A stretch of 64,000 bases of DNA from an uncultured bacterium (GTDB lineage Bacteria > Desulfobacterota_D > UBA1144 > Nemesobacterales > UBA2774), in the NCBI GenBank assembly GCA_963825135.1, contig CAWGRW010000009.1:288001-352000 (forward strand), written 5' to 3'. This document shows positions 36,470-46,188 of this stretch, in pieces; the stretch's first letter is position 1, and each line of letters opens with the position of its first letter. A program made the translations under genes and the position numbers. The notes beneath the pieces were generated by a model, which saw only the letters and a list, made by a program, of their open reading frames with translations, was not told the DNA's origin and made no database searches.

Positions 36470-37654
36470 ATGATGGAGTTTCAAAGACAAACCGGTATCA
36501 CTATATTTTTCTTCGTAATTATTAGCATGCTGATGGCTGTTTCCGTTGCGAGAGCAGATGTGCTCGTGGGTACGGATGGTCCGCCCGGAGACGGCCAAGT
36601 CCGCCGTTTCAGCAACAACGGTGCGTTCATCGGCAATTTCACCTCCGGCGGTCCTGAATTGGACGAGCCAACGGCCGTGCAATTCGGTCCCGACGGCAAC
36701 CTGTACCTATTGACCGGAAGCGACACCGTAATCCGCTACAACGGTACGACAGGGGTATTTATCGATGTATTCATACCGGAGAACAGCAACGATCTGGAAG
36801 AAGCCAAGGACATGGTATTCGGCCCCGACGGCAACCTGTATATCGCCGCCAACTGTGACAGTTTTTGCCCGCCCGGTGTCGTGGGCGAGGGGGGCAGGGT
36901 CATGCGCTTTAACGGCAAGACAGGAGCCTTCATAGACGACTTCATACCCAACGGCGCAGGCGGCCCGGGTGCCGGAGGCGCGAATATATTGTCCGAAGCC
37001 ATGGCTATCGCCTTCGGCCCGGACGGCAACTTCTATCTAGGCAACGACCCTCGCAATTTGGTTGGTAATTCCGCTTACAGTGTCATGCGGTTCAGCAAAA
37101 ACGGGATTTACATCGATACACCTTTCCCGGCCGGCTTCATGGGTTTATACGACCCCAACGGTATAACCGTTGGCCCCGATTGCAACCTCTATATAAGCAG
37201 TGAAGGGTTGTCTTTTACACTTAACGGAGTAGATTTTGAAAACCCCAATGTCATATTCCGTTTGAACCCTGCCACTGATAACATCGACGAATTCGTGCCC
37301 TCGAATGGTCTCCTTGATTCCAACGGCCCCTTCCCCCCCGGTACGGGCCTGATAGAGCCCGAGAAGATCGTTTTCGGTCCTGACGGTAATCTTTACGTCA
37401 CAAGCGGCGATACGACGGAGGTGTATATCTACAACGGGGACACGGGGGCGCTTATCAGCTTCTTCCCATCAGAGGGGGACGATCCCAAGGGCATCACCTT
37501 CTTCCCGGGGGAATCGCCCGTTTGTAGGATCCAGCCCGAAGGAATACCTACTCTCAGTGAATGGGGACCGATCGGCATGGCCGCGTTACTGGCGGTGATC
37601 GGAGGATTATTCGCCTACAGCAGGCGTCAAAGAAAATCACACTTAACCAGTTAG
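36470..37654 (+). CDS. Exported beta-propeller repeat protein with IPTL-CTERM sorting signal
   Basis: Signal peptide, five (F/V)GPD(G/C)N(L/F)Y repeats, then IPTLSEWG, a TM helix and a basic tail. Confidence 0.85.
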   Translation: MMEFQRQTGITIFFFVIISMLMAVSVARADVLVGTDGPPGDGQVRRFSNNGAFIGNFTSGGPELDEPTAVQFGPDGNLYLLTGSDTVIRYNGTTGVFIDVFIPENSNDLEEAKDMVFGPDGNLYIAANCDSFCPPGVVGEGGRVMRFNGKTGAFIDDFIPNGAGGPGAGGANILSEAMAIAFGPDGNFYLGNDPRNLVGNSAYSVMRFSKNGIYIDTPFPAGFMGLYDPNGITVGPDCNLYISSEGLSFTLNGVDFENPNVIFRLNPATDNIDEFVPSNGLLDSNGPFPPGTGLIEPEKIVFGPDGNLYVTSGDTTEVYIYNGDTGALISFFPSEGDDPKGITFFPGESPVCRIQPEGIPTLSEWGPIGMAALLAVIGGLFAYSRRQRKSHLTS

Positions 37655-37667
37655 CAGCGCAGCTCGC

Positions 37668-37710
37668 GGGGACGTTATGACACACTCGAAGATATGGGCA
37701 TAACGTCCCC
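37668..37710. terminator. Hairpin between convergent genes
   Basis: GGGGACGTTATG / CATAACGTCCCC perfect 12-bp inverted repeat. Confidence 0.55.
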
Positions 37711-37763
37711 CTTCAGGCTCGGAATGCTCTGGACCCTCGCGCCTGGCGCCGCCTGCGGGTTCC

Positions 37764-38725
37764 TCAATTTGAGGGCATGATATTAATCACGGCTTCGGAT
37801 AAATGAGGCACATCGCTCTGCAGCCTGTGATTTACCTCTCTTGCAATTTCTTCCCCGTCTCCGACGGAAAGCGCTGATTTAACCCCGATACTGAGCTGAG
37901 TGTGGAGATTATGACCTATCCATCTGGCCTTCACCCCGGAGACTTCTGCGACTCCATCGACCTTACTCGCCGTTTTTTCAATCTCATCTATGATTTTTGG
38001 ATCGACTCCGTCGAGTACGCGAATGAATATCTGTTTTGCGGCCTGCCAGACTATAACGAGTATCGCTGCGGTTATAACCAGTCCTATAATCGGATCGGCC
38101 AGGGGGTAGCCCAGCCATACGCCCAGAGCGCCGAACAATACCGCGAGGCTGGTCCATCCGTCTACACGCGCATGGTATCCGTCGGCGACGAGTGCGGCGC
38201 TCCCGATTTCTTTGCCCACCTTGATCCGAAAAATCGCTACGACCTCGTTGCCGAGAAAACCGATAATAGAAGCCGCGATCACCGCGTATAAATGCCCTAC
38301 TTTTTGAGGATGCAGTAAGCGGGAAATAGATTCATAACCTGCGACCAGCGCGCTGAATAGAATAATCAGAACGATAATTATTCCCGCCAGGTCTTCGACG
38401 CGGCCATAGCCGTATGTGAATCTTTTGCTCGGCTTCGATTTAGCCAGCATGAAGGCGACGCCCAGCGGAATTGCCGTCGCCGCGTCTCCGAAATTATGGA
38501 TGGTATCGGCGAGCAAAGCTATGCTTCCTGACAGCACCACAACAAAAGCCTGCAAGAGTGCGGTAATCATAAGTCCGGCAAAAGACCATTTAACGGCCCA
38601 TATACCTCTTTCCGAACCCAGGACGGAGTAATCGAGCATATCGTGAGTATGACCGCCAATGCCTTCATGATGATGGTCATGGGGATGGTCGTGGTGATGA
38701 TGGTGTTTATTGTCCTGTCGTGCAT
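37764..38725 (-). CDS. Cation diffusion facilitator with His-rich N-terminus (DmeF-like); apparent frameshift near the start
   Basis: SIALLADTIHNFGD, FTYGYGRVEDLAG, ADGYHARVD. An in-frame upstream stretch KHHHHHDHPHDHHHEGIGGHTHD has no in-frame ATG. Confidence 0.85.
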
Positions 38726-38782
38726 TATATTCCCGCAGTAACTAAAATCATTTTCCCGGTTTAAGTATGAAATACAGCTTAT

Positions 38783-39061
38783 CTACTTTAAGTAGGTCCT
38801 TATCAACTCTAACAAGACTTTAGTCGCTTTCAGCTGCGCCGTTGTCGGAGCGGTATCGGGATCGAGCACGTGGAGGTTGATATGGCCCTCGAGAACCTCG
38901 GACATGAGACCGTTTATAGCGCCGCGGCACGCCGCAATATCCTGAAGGACCAGCGAACAATCCTTTTCATCTTCGAGAGCTTTCTCGATTCCCTCGATCT
39001 GCCCGCGGATTCTCCTCACACGGTTGATGAGCCTTTTTTTATCCGTAATTGTATGAGACAC
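38783..39061 (-). CDS. RcnR/DmeR/FrmR-family metal-sensing repressor
   Basis: MSHT...RVRRIRGQIEG...DCSLVLQDIAACRGA...EGHINLH. Confidence 0.92.
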   Translation of the reverse strand: MSHTITDKKRLINRVRRIRGQIEGIEKALEDEKDCSLVLQDIAACRGAINGLMSEVLEGHINLHVLDPDTAPTTAQLKATKVLLELIRTYLK

Positions 39062-39092
39062 CGGCAGCGCTCCTGTATTACATTGGCCGCTG

Positions 39093-39116
39093 AATACTAT
39101 ACAGGGGTATAGTATT
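39093..39116. promoter_or_regulatory. RcnR/CsoR-type operator
   Basis: Perfect arms AATACTATAC-aggg-GTATAGTATT around a G-tract, about 30 bp upstream of the repressor start. Confidence 0.85.
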
Positions 39117-39202
39117 ATTGCAAATTGCTGACTTGCGACAAACGGCGTTCCGACAATATTTCGGCTTTATGAAAGGTATTTCGATTCGCCGATGCGGTGA
39201 TA

Positions 39203-39850
39203 TTACGCCCTCTCCACGACCAATATCGTCCTCGACTGCCCTCCGAAAGGCAGGGTGAAGTCGCTCCTCTCGGCGAGCCTGTATTCCTTACCCACCTCAC
39301 TGAGGGCTGCCTCCCACTCTTCCCCTCCCCTCTGCCCCCTCATGAGAATTATTCCGCCCCCGGCGGCGAGATAAGGCTCGCTGAGACGGAGTATCCCGGG
39401 GATAGGCCCCACGGCCCTCGTGATAACACGCTGGAACCTACGCCTCTCTATGCCGTTCCCCTCGTCCTCCGCCCTGCCCCACACGGCCGTGATACCCCCG
39501 AGGCCGAGCGCGCGTATGACCTCCCGCATGAACACCACCTTCTTGTGTACGGAATCGAGGAGGGTGACCTCCAGCGACTCCGATATTATCTTTATCGGGA
39601 TACCGGGGAACCCGGCGCCCGAGCCTATGTCGAGGAGGCGCGAGCCCTCGGGGACGAAGCGCGCGGCCGACAAGGAATCGAGGAAGTGGCCTGTCACTAT
39701 GTCCCTGTCGCTCTTAAGCCCTGTGAGGTTTATCTTCTTGTTCCAGCTCTTGAGCTCCCGCAGGTAGAGCATGAAAAGGTCCCGCTCGGCGGAGGTGAGT
39801 TCCACACCGACGAGGGACGCCCCCTCGCACAATAATTCCGCGGGCTTCAT
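39203..39850 (-). CDS. rsmG: 16S rRNA m7G527 methyltransferase
   Basis: WNKKINLT, HFLDSL, DIGSGAGFPGIP, GRAE, TRAV. Confidence 0.95.
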   Translation of the reverse strand: MKPAELLCEGASLVGVELTSAERDLFMLYLRELKSWNKKINLTGLKSDRDIVTGHFLDSLSAARFVPEGSRLLDIGSGAGFPGIPIKIISESLEVTLLDSVHKKVVFMREVIRALGLGGITAVWGRAEDEGNGIERRRFQRVITRAVGPIPGILRLSEPYLAAGGGIILMRGQRGGEEWEAALSEVGKEYRLAERSDFTLPFGGQSRTILVVERA

Positions 39851-40657
39851 CCCGTCCTCCTTATGTGTATCGGGTGGTTCACGTGAACGCCCGGAGTGCC
39901 CTTATACATCTTGACCCTGCCCGTGACCTCGACCTCCTTCTCCATGTAGTAAGACGCGGGGTCTATTCCGAAGAAACGGAAATTGTCGAGGGCGTCGCGG
40001 AATATTACCACGTCGAATTTTCCGTCTATCGAGAGGACTACCGCTTTCCCCGACTCCCTCGCGCCCGTTACCCTGCCCCTCACGACGACGCGCTTGCCTT
40101 CGTACAGGGAAGCCTTGTCTATGTCCACGACGAACGCGCCGTTCCCGGCGGGGACGACTATCGTGTCGAGGTCCCCCCACATCCCCCTTCTCTCCCGCCT
40201 GGCTTCTTCGGACGCTTTGTTAAAGGAATCTTTATATTTCCCGTTGGGCTCGATGAAGAGGGTCGTCGCGAGCCCTTGTCTGAGCAGCTCACGGCTCACG
40301 GAGACGCCGTCCGCGTAAACGTATGCGAGGAGCCTCCCGTAAACGTCGTATTTCTCGCTGTCGAATTCGAGCCTGACCGTCTTCCCCCCGACGAGCTTCC
40401 TGTTGAGCTCCCCGGCCTCGGCCGAGTAGGGGTCTCCGGGGGAATCCTGATGCGCGGCCTCGGGCGTGTCTATTCCCAGGTACCGGACGAGCGTCCCCTT
40501 GCCGTCGTCGATCACTATCGTGTCCCCGTCCAGGACCTCGGCGACCCGGTAGGACGCGTCCTCCGGTCTTCTTTCCGGTATGGGCGTTGTAAAAATAGAA
40601 CGCGACGGCGAGCGCAATAAAAACGAGCACGACGACTGGGTCTTTTCCGGGTTTCAA
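39847..40657 (-). CDS. Thermonuclease (SNase-like) with C-terminal OB-like domain; frameshifted after the TM anchor
   Basis: DGDT, VRYLGIDTPE, DVYGRLLAYV. The TM leader MKPGKDPVVVLVFIALAVAFYFY is in another frame, with the shift near 40565-40580. Confidence 0.8.
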
Positions 40658-40685
40658 ATTGATTTTCTCGTTTTTCGGATTTTAA

Positions 40686-40773
40686 TTCCCTCCTTAGAAA
40701 AAGGAGGGTTAGGGAGGATTTGTCTTTTTCTTTATTTTAAATCCCCCTTAATCCCCCTTTTCCAAAGGGGGAA
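40686..40773. repeat. Inverted pair of REP-like palindromic units
   Basis: TTCCCTCCTTAGAAAAAGGAGGGTTAGGGAGGATTT ... AAATCCCCCTTAATCCCCCTTTTCCAAAGGGGGAA. Confidence 0.7.
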
Positions 40774-40810
40774 ATACCGTATGCCACTCATTATTATCTC
40801 GTCCAATAAT

Positions 40811-41602
40811 TTAAAGCCCCGGATCGCGCTTCTTCAAAGCCTTTCGGCCGAACGTAAGGAAGCCGGTGTGGCTCACCATGCGGTCCATGGGCCTCGTCTT
40901 GCCTGTGCTCACGCGGATATTCCTGACGAGCACCTCGATCGTCTCCAGGAAGACGAACCCCTCTTCGGCCAGCACCTCGACGCAGCGCTCCACCTGGTTG
41001 TACGTGGGCGACAGGCTGGCTATCCTGCCCCCGCCCCTGAGCGCGCGAGCGCCTGAAGCTATGCCGTCCCACGGCGACGGAAGGTCGAGCATGACCACAT
41101 CGACCCCTTCCTCGTCGAAACCCTCCTGCGCTTCCCGCAGTTTGAATTCCACGAACTCGCCGAACCCCGCGCTCTCAACGTTCTTCCTCGCGTTCTCCAT
41201 GAACTTCTCGCTCCTGTCGTACGCGTACACCCTCCCCGAGGGCGCCACGGCGTTGGCGAGAGCTATTGTGAGAGAGCCCGAACCCGAACCGCACTCGATC
41301 ACCCTCATGCCCGGGCCGAGCCCCGTCTTAAGCACTATCATCGCGGCGTCCTTCGGATAGATGATCTGCGTGTGCCTCTTCACCTTCATCATCCTGTCCT
41401 CGATAGTGGGCTCGAGCAGAACGTATGTGTGGAGGAGATTCGTCTGTATGGTGCTCCCGTATTCGAGCCCTATCGCTTTCCCGAGCTCTATATCGCCCAG
41501 ATGAGTCCCCATCCGCTTCCCTTCGGCCACTGTAACGAGGTAGGTTTTTTCATCGGGGGACATTACGAGTACGGCGTCTCCGCTCTTTATGACCATTACC
41601 AC
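40811..41602 (-). CDS. trmI: tRNA (adenine-58-N1)-methyltransferase
   Basis: RHTQIIYPKD, ECGSGSGSLT, LDLPSPW, SPTYNQV, HTGFL. Confidence 0.92.
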   Translation of the reverse strand: MVMVIKSGDAVLVMSPDEKTYLVTVAEGKRMGTHLGDIELGKAIGLEYGSTIQTNLLHTYVLLEPTIEDRMMKVKRHTQIIYPKDAAMIVLKTGLGPGMRVIECGSGSGSLTIALANAVAPSGRVYAYDRSEKFMENARKNVESAGFGEFVEFKLREAQEGFDEEGVDVVMLDLPSPWDGIASGARALRGGGRIASLSPTYNQVERCVEVLAEEGFVFLETIEVLVRNIRVSTGKTRPMDRMVSHTGFLTFGRKALKKRDPGL

Positions 41603-41630
41603 GCAAGACTAATTAAAAACGCCCGTATTT

Positions 41631-42788
41631 TCAAGAATCCCCGCCGCGCTCGAAGAACGTGTAGAGCAGGAACCCCGTGAATACGAGGCATCCTGCCGTA
41701 AAGTACATCCCCTCGTACCCGTAGTCGCGGGCGATTATCCCGAACGGGAAAGCCAGGAAGTTTATGCCCATGCTGTAGCTGGCGTTAAACGCGCCTATCG
41801 CCTTCCCCCTCTCGTCCTCCCCCGCCTTGTCTATCATCAGCGCGCTCAGCGTGGGATAGAGCGAGCCGTAGCCGAAGCTGAATATGAAAGAGATGAGGAC
41901 GGCCGTGAGCGCGGAGTCGGCGAAGTACATCGACGCGAGAGACACGGAGACTATCAGCAGCGCGGGGGAAGCGACCGCCTTCCTGCCCCACGTGTCCGAC
42001 AGCCGCCCCCCGAATATCCTTATCGCCGTCACGGTTATCGTATAGGTGAGAAAGAAGTAATAGGCCTGGAGGCCCTTCGAGCGGAAAAAGATCGCTATAA
42101 AATTGAGCACCGCGCCGAGCCCTCCGGCCAGTACGAGGTTCGAGAGAAGGACGAGGGCATACTTTCTGGACGCGATCAGGCGGAAGAATCCGAAGCCGTA
42201 AGGGTCTCTCGAAGGAACGAAATTGCCGTCCTTCATGAAGACCGCGAGCACCAAGGATATGAGGCTGAAGAACGACGAGTAGAGAAAGAAGTTGTGGAAG
42301 CCCGCAAGCCCTATGATGAACTCCCCGAGCGAAGGGCCCACCGCGTAAGCGGCGATCGTGAACGCGCTGAATATGCCCAGGCCCTGCGCCCTCCGGACGG
42401 ACGGGACGTAATCGGCGACGAACGTGCCCGCGGCAGTGAACGAGAACGCGAACGATACGCCCTGGACGAGCCGTATGATATAAATATACGGAGACAGCTC
42501 CGAGATGAAGATGTACGAGAGCGACGCTATGAACATGAGCGCGTAGCCTATGAGCATGAACCTCCGCCTCCCGTATTTATCCACGAGGAACGTAACGAAC
42601 GGTATCGCTCCCAGGGACGTAACGCCGAAAATTCCCATGATGTAGCCTACGTGGGCGTCGTCCCCGCCGAGGCTCTTTATGTACAGGGGAAGGAGAAAAA
42701 AGGACGAGAAGTTGCAGTAGAAGAAGAAATTTGACGCCGTCGCCAATGCGAAATTCCTGAATTCGGGCTTCGAGTAACCGGATATCAT
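41631..42788 (-). CDS. MFS transporter
   Basis: About 12 TM segments, DKYGRRR and GRLSDTWGRK motifs. Confidence 0.9.
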   Translation of the reverse strand: MISGYSKPEFRNFALATASNFFFYCNFSSFFLLPLYIKSLGGDDAHVGYIMGIFGVTSLGAIPFVTFLVDKYGRRRFMLIGYALMFIASLSYIFISELSPYIYIIRLVQGVSFAFSFTAAGTFVADYVPSVRRAQGLGIFSAFTIAAYAVGPSLGEFIIGLAGFHNFFLYSSFFSLISLVLAVFMKDGNFVPSRDPYGFGFFRLIASRKYALVLLSNLVLAGGLGAVLNFIAIFFRSKGLQAYYFFLTYTITVTAIRIFGGRLSDTWGRKAVASPALLIVSVSLASMYFADSALTAVLISFIFSFGYGSLYPTLSALMIDKAGEDERGKAIGAFNASYSMGINFLAFPFGIIARDYGYEGMYFTAGCLVFTGFLLYTFFERGGDS

Positions 42789-42875
42789 GTCGGCGTCTTG
42801 AAAACGCGGCTTAAACCGCTTAGATTTGATATGTAAATATTAAAGGATCGAGGGATGATATCATACACTCTGTCT

Positions 42876-42903
42876 TTGACAATGTATAATGTCGTGATAT
42901 AGT
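42876..42903 (+). promoter_or_regulatory. Sigma70 promoter of the tRNA-Lys/tRNA-Glu operon
   Basis: TTGACA-N16-TATAGT with extended TG. Confidence 0.75.
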
Positions 42904-42920
42904 TTAGCGCTTCAAAAATC

Positions 42921-42994
42921 GAGCCGTTAGCTCAGCTTGGTAGAGCAACTGACTTTTAATCAGTGGGTCACAGGTTCGAATCCTGTACGGCTCA
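42921..42994 (+). tRNA. tRNA-Lys (TTT)
   Basis: GAGCCGT...CTGACTTTTAATCAG...GGTTCGAATCC...ACGGCTCA. CCA is not encoded. Confidence 0.96.
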
Positions 42995-43005
42995 TACTCG
43001 TTTAC

Positions 43006-43080
43006 GTCCCCGTCGTCTAGCTCGGCCCAGGACATCGGCCTTTCACGCCGGTAACAGGGGTTCAAATCCCCTCGGGGACG
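43006..43080 (+). tRNA. tRNA-Glu (TTC)
   Basis: GTCCCCG...CGGCCTTTCACGCCG...GGTTCAAATCC...CGGGGACG. CCA is not encoded. Confidence 0.96.
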
Positions 43081-43297
43081 CATCGCTTTCCCGAAGTACA
43101 GTAACAGAGTTGCCACTATCCAACAGCGACCGACTGCTCACTTGCTCGCAGTCGTTGGGGACGCATTTATTTCCCGGAGTACAGCAAAAATTCTGCCTTT
43201 GTTCAAAGGCGTCCAATTCCTCGCTCGCTCGGAATTGTTGGGGACGCATATATTTCCCGGAGTAAATTTACTTCACTGCACTTTTTCAAGGGCGTCC
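43074..43297 (+). repeat. tRNA-anchored tandem repeat array, 83-bp period, about 2.7 units
   Basis: GGGGACGCATnnnTTTCCCGRAGTA at 43074, 43157 and 43240. TGC, YCAA and GCGWCC align without gaps in all three units. Confidence 0.9.
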
Positions 43298-43317
43298 GGT
43301 CCCTGAGTTTTTATTAA

Positions 43318-43357
43318 TTCCTTCCCCCTTGAGGGGGGAAGGGTAGGATGGAGGTGA
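43318..43357. repeat. REP-like GC hairpin / possible terminator
   Basis: CCTTCCCCC-ttgag-GGGGGAAGG followed by GTAGGATGGAGGTGA. Confidence 0.55.
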
Positions 43358-43371
43358 TAAACCCTCCACTT

Positions 43372-43926
43372 TCACCTCACGAGCTTCGAGATCTGCTTGA
43401 ACTCGTCCGTCCCCGCGCGCTCGAGCAGCTGGAACAGGAACGCCTCCGTAGTGCCGATGACGGCCCCCGCTTTATCCATGAGCTCCATCCCCTTCTCCCA
43501 GTCAAGCTCCCTTCTCGATACGACCGCGTCCGCGGGCACATAGACGTGATACCCCTCGTTCACGAGGTCGATAGCCGTCTGGAGGACACACACGTGGGTC
43601 TCGACGCCGCAGAGAAGCACGGAGCTTCTGTTAAGACCCTTCAGCTCGTCCATGAACTCGGGCGACCTCGCGCAGCTGAATACGAGCTTCTCTACGGGAC
43701 GGAACCCCTCCCCCGCGGATTCCCTTATATCGCCTATCGTGGGCCCGAGTCCCTTCGGGTACTGCTCCGTCACATGCACGGGTATATCCAGTATCTTCGC
43801 CGCTTCGAGTAGGATCTTCACGTTCTTCACCGCGAGCCCGCTCTCCGTCCCGGGCATTGCCGACATCAGCTTCTCCTGCATGTCCACTACGACGATAGAC
43901 GTGTCTTCTTTCTTTAGAAAGTCCAT
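43372..43926 (-). CDS. Isochorismatase-family hydrolase
   Basis: VVDMQEKL, TEQYPKGLG, EKLVFSC, GVETHVCV. Confidence 0.92.
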   Translation of the reverse strand: MDFLKKEDTSIVVVDMQEKLMSAMPGTESGLAVKNVKILLEAAKILDIPVHVTEQYPKGLGPTIGDIRESAGEGFRPVEKLVFSCARSPEFMDELKGLNRSSVLLCGVETHVCVLQTAIDLVNEGYHVYVPADAVVSRRELDWEKGMELMDKAGAVIGTTEAFLFQLLERAGTDEFKQISKLVR

Positions 43927-44184
43927 AAACCGTCTCCTTTCACGGGTGTGTTATGAATAATCCATCTTACAACGGATGGATAAATTTATAAAGCTCGGTT
44001 TTGAGTATAGTGGTGAGTTCGGGATATAATCGGGTTCGCCCCCCCCGTCACGGCGCAGGCTCGTGGCTCCCTTTGCGGAAGGCGTCTATGAGCCCGCGGA
44101 CCCGCTCGATTACGGGTTCCGGCGGCCTCCGGCGTATGCGACGGCCGCCGTTCGACTTCGTAAACATGAGCGCGGGCCTATGCC

Positions 44185-45820
44185 TCACTCGCCCACATTA
44201 AACGGCGCCGGCTCGAGCACGGCGACGCAGGAGGTGTCCGGCGCGCCCGGATCGGACAGGAAGGAAGCGAACACTTCCTGTGCGCAGCTGTTCGACTGGA
44301 TCACGGCGTGTCCGACCCCGGGGAAGGCCAGCACTATGGAGTTCGTGAGCGGCAAGGCCCCTTTCTGACCCGTGCTCGGCGGTGTCACGGTGTCGAAGGT
44401 GCCCGATAAGACCAGGGTCGGGATATCGCTCCCGGTGGCGGTGCGAAGGGCCTTGGGCGTCTTGGGGATATCCCAGATTCTGCAGTCGTCAAGCGCGTAG
44501 GTGAAGTGCAGGGCAGGCGCGAGCACCGAGTCCGGATAGTCCGGAAAGGCCAGCCGCCCCCGGTTGAGCACGCTGGCTTTATTGTCTTCGGCCACATATC
44601 CGCTGCAAAGCATACCGAAGGTCATGCCATAGGCGAGTACGTTGGGAGGGGCAAACGCGGGTACGGCGCGTGTCCTGGCTATGTTCTCCGGCTGTCCGTT
44701 GTCGAGCTCGTCGATCCACGCGGGCACATTCGGGAAGCTCTGAGTATTGAAGGTGTTGTCTATTATCCCGTTCACGATAGCTCCGCCGTCGAGCACGACG
44801 TCCACCGGCGGATCACCCGGTGAGACCTGCACGCTCGCAGTGACCGGATCCGCCTCGAGCTCGTTTACGAGGCGGGTGAGCGTCCCGGCAAGATCGGGAT
44901 ATCCGGCGGCGCACGCGGGCTGTGCCTCGCATGCGGCAAAAAAGTTGTCGAAGCCCTCTCTGGCGTTGCGCGAAGCCGTGGAGGCCATCGTCGGCGTCAT
45001 CGAGCGGCTCTACGGAATCGAGCGTCACTGTGCGGATGCCTTCAGGATGCTGATACATGAGCGTCTGCGCGAGGTAGGTGCCGTACGAGACCCCGAGCAC
45101 GTTCCATTCAGCGATACCGAGCGCCTTTCTCAGGTCGGCGAAATCGGCGGCGTTTTCGACCGTGTTGTATGCGCTTATATCTATCCCGCTCCCGGACAGG
45201 CGGAGAAAGCATGCCCGTGACGCGGCGATGTGCGCATCCCGGTTGTCCTGAGAGTCCAACGGGAAGTTGAGACTTTCTATATAGAATTCATCCAGCTCCT
45301 GGCACATCAGCTCGGGGTCGGCGAACACCGTCCCGCGCTGGCTCATGAGGATGAGATCGCGGTCCTGGTTCACGCCGGCTGCCGTGAGAGACTCAAGTTC
45401 AATGAGCGAGCTGCCGCCGGGACCGCCGGCCAGGTGCACGACAGGGTCTGGAAGAGGCGGCTGATTCACCGAGGGCACGATAATGACTGCAAGGCGGATG
45501 GTGCGTACGCCTGACTCGGCGCGGTTCTCGGCCGCGAGCGGCTCGGTGCGCTTCTCGGGCACGAACAGATAGCCGCACCGCGACACAGCGAGATCTTGCG
45601 GCGTTGGCAGCCCCTTCTCTGAAAACGGGGCCACCTCCGAGCACGGCGCACCCACGAACCTCGGCAGATTCTCGTTGTTATTGTTGTCGTTGCAGCTTGC
45701 CGCGCCGGCGAGCAGGAGTGTAGTGATAATCACGGCAGCCGGCTTTATCCTGAACTCCGTTACATTACGTCTGTGCAAAGTCTTCTCCTCACTTGTTTGT
45801 TCTATCCGCACACATATCAC
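44185..45820 (-). CDS. Lipoprotein alpha/beta hydrolase (TAP-like / S33 family), split by a frameshift near 45000
   Basis: Lipobox AASC, GGPGGS, QRGT and GVSYGT in ORF 44813-45820. SGTFDTVTP and FPGVGH lie in ORF 44185-45000. Confidence 0.8.
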
Positions 45821-46060
45821 TGCCTGTTCTTACTCACGATGGGGAAAAGTCTCCAGGCTGGTTTCCGGCAGGTATGAATCCGGGAACTTGATTCTACTAT
45901 TTAAACGCGAGAATATACTAAAACGCTTGTAAATACAAATGATTGTTACATTAATAAATATAAGCTGTATTTCGGCGAAAGAACGGAGGGAATCGTTTAT
46001 GAGCGCAGGTTCCTGACCCCCATCAAAGAAGGAGTATAGGGCTGGCGGTGGCGGGTAGGG

Positions 46061-46188
46061 GTGAAGAAAACGACACCCACCCCTTCAAAATTTGAACCCC
46101 CCTGGTCAAATAATGATCCCCCGGGGGTTCAAAATATGAACCCTAAGGAATACACAGTTAAAGGAAACACAGAGAAGGAATACACAGT
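46061..46188 (+). repeat. Iteron-like and A-rich repeats, relic of a phage-type replication initiator gene/origin
   Basis: TTCAAAATTTGAACCC (46084), GTCAAATAATGATCCC (46105) and TTCAAAATATGAACCC (46128), then AAGGAATACACAGT twice and AAGGAAACACAG. Confidence 0.6.

Noticed and set aside
42904..43265. ORFs called across the tRNA genes
   Set aside because: They overlap clear tRNA-Lys/tRNA-Glu genes and the repeats, so they are spurious.
43074..43297. CRISPR array interpretation of the tRNA-linked repeats
   Set aside because: The 'spacers' are homologous to each other and structured, there are only three units, the repeat derives from the tRNA end, and no cas gene is in the window.
44030..44184. 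GC-rich hairpins between the isochorismatase and hydrolase genes as an ncRNA
   Set aside because: Such hairpins are expected at this GC content and may simply be terminators. No family hallmark was seen.
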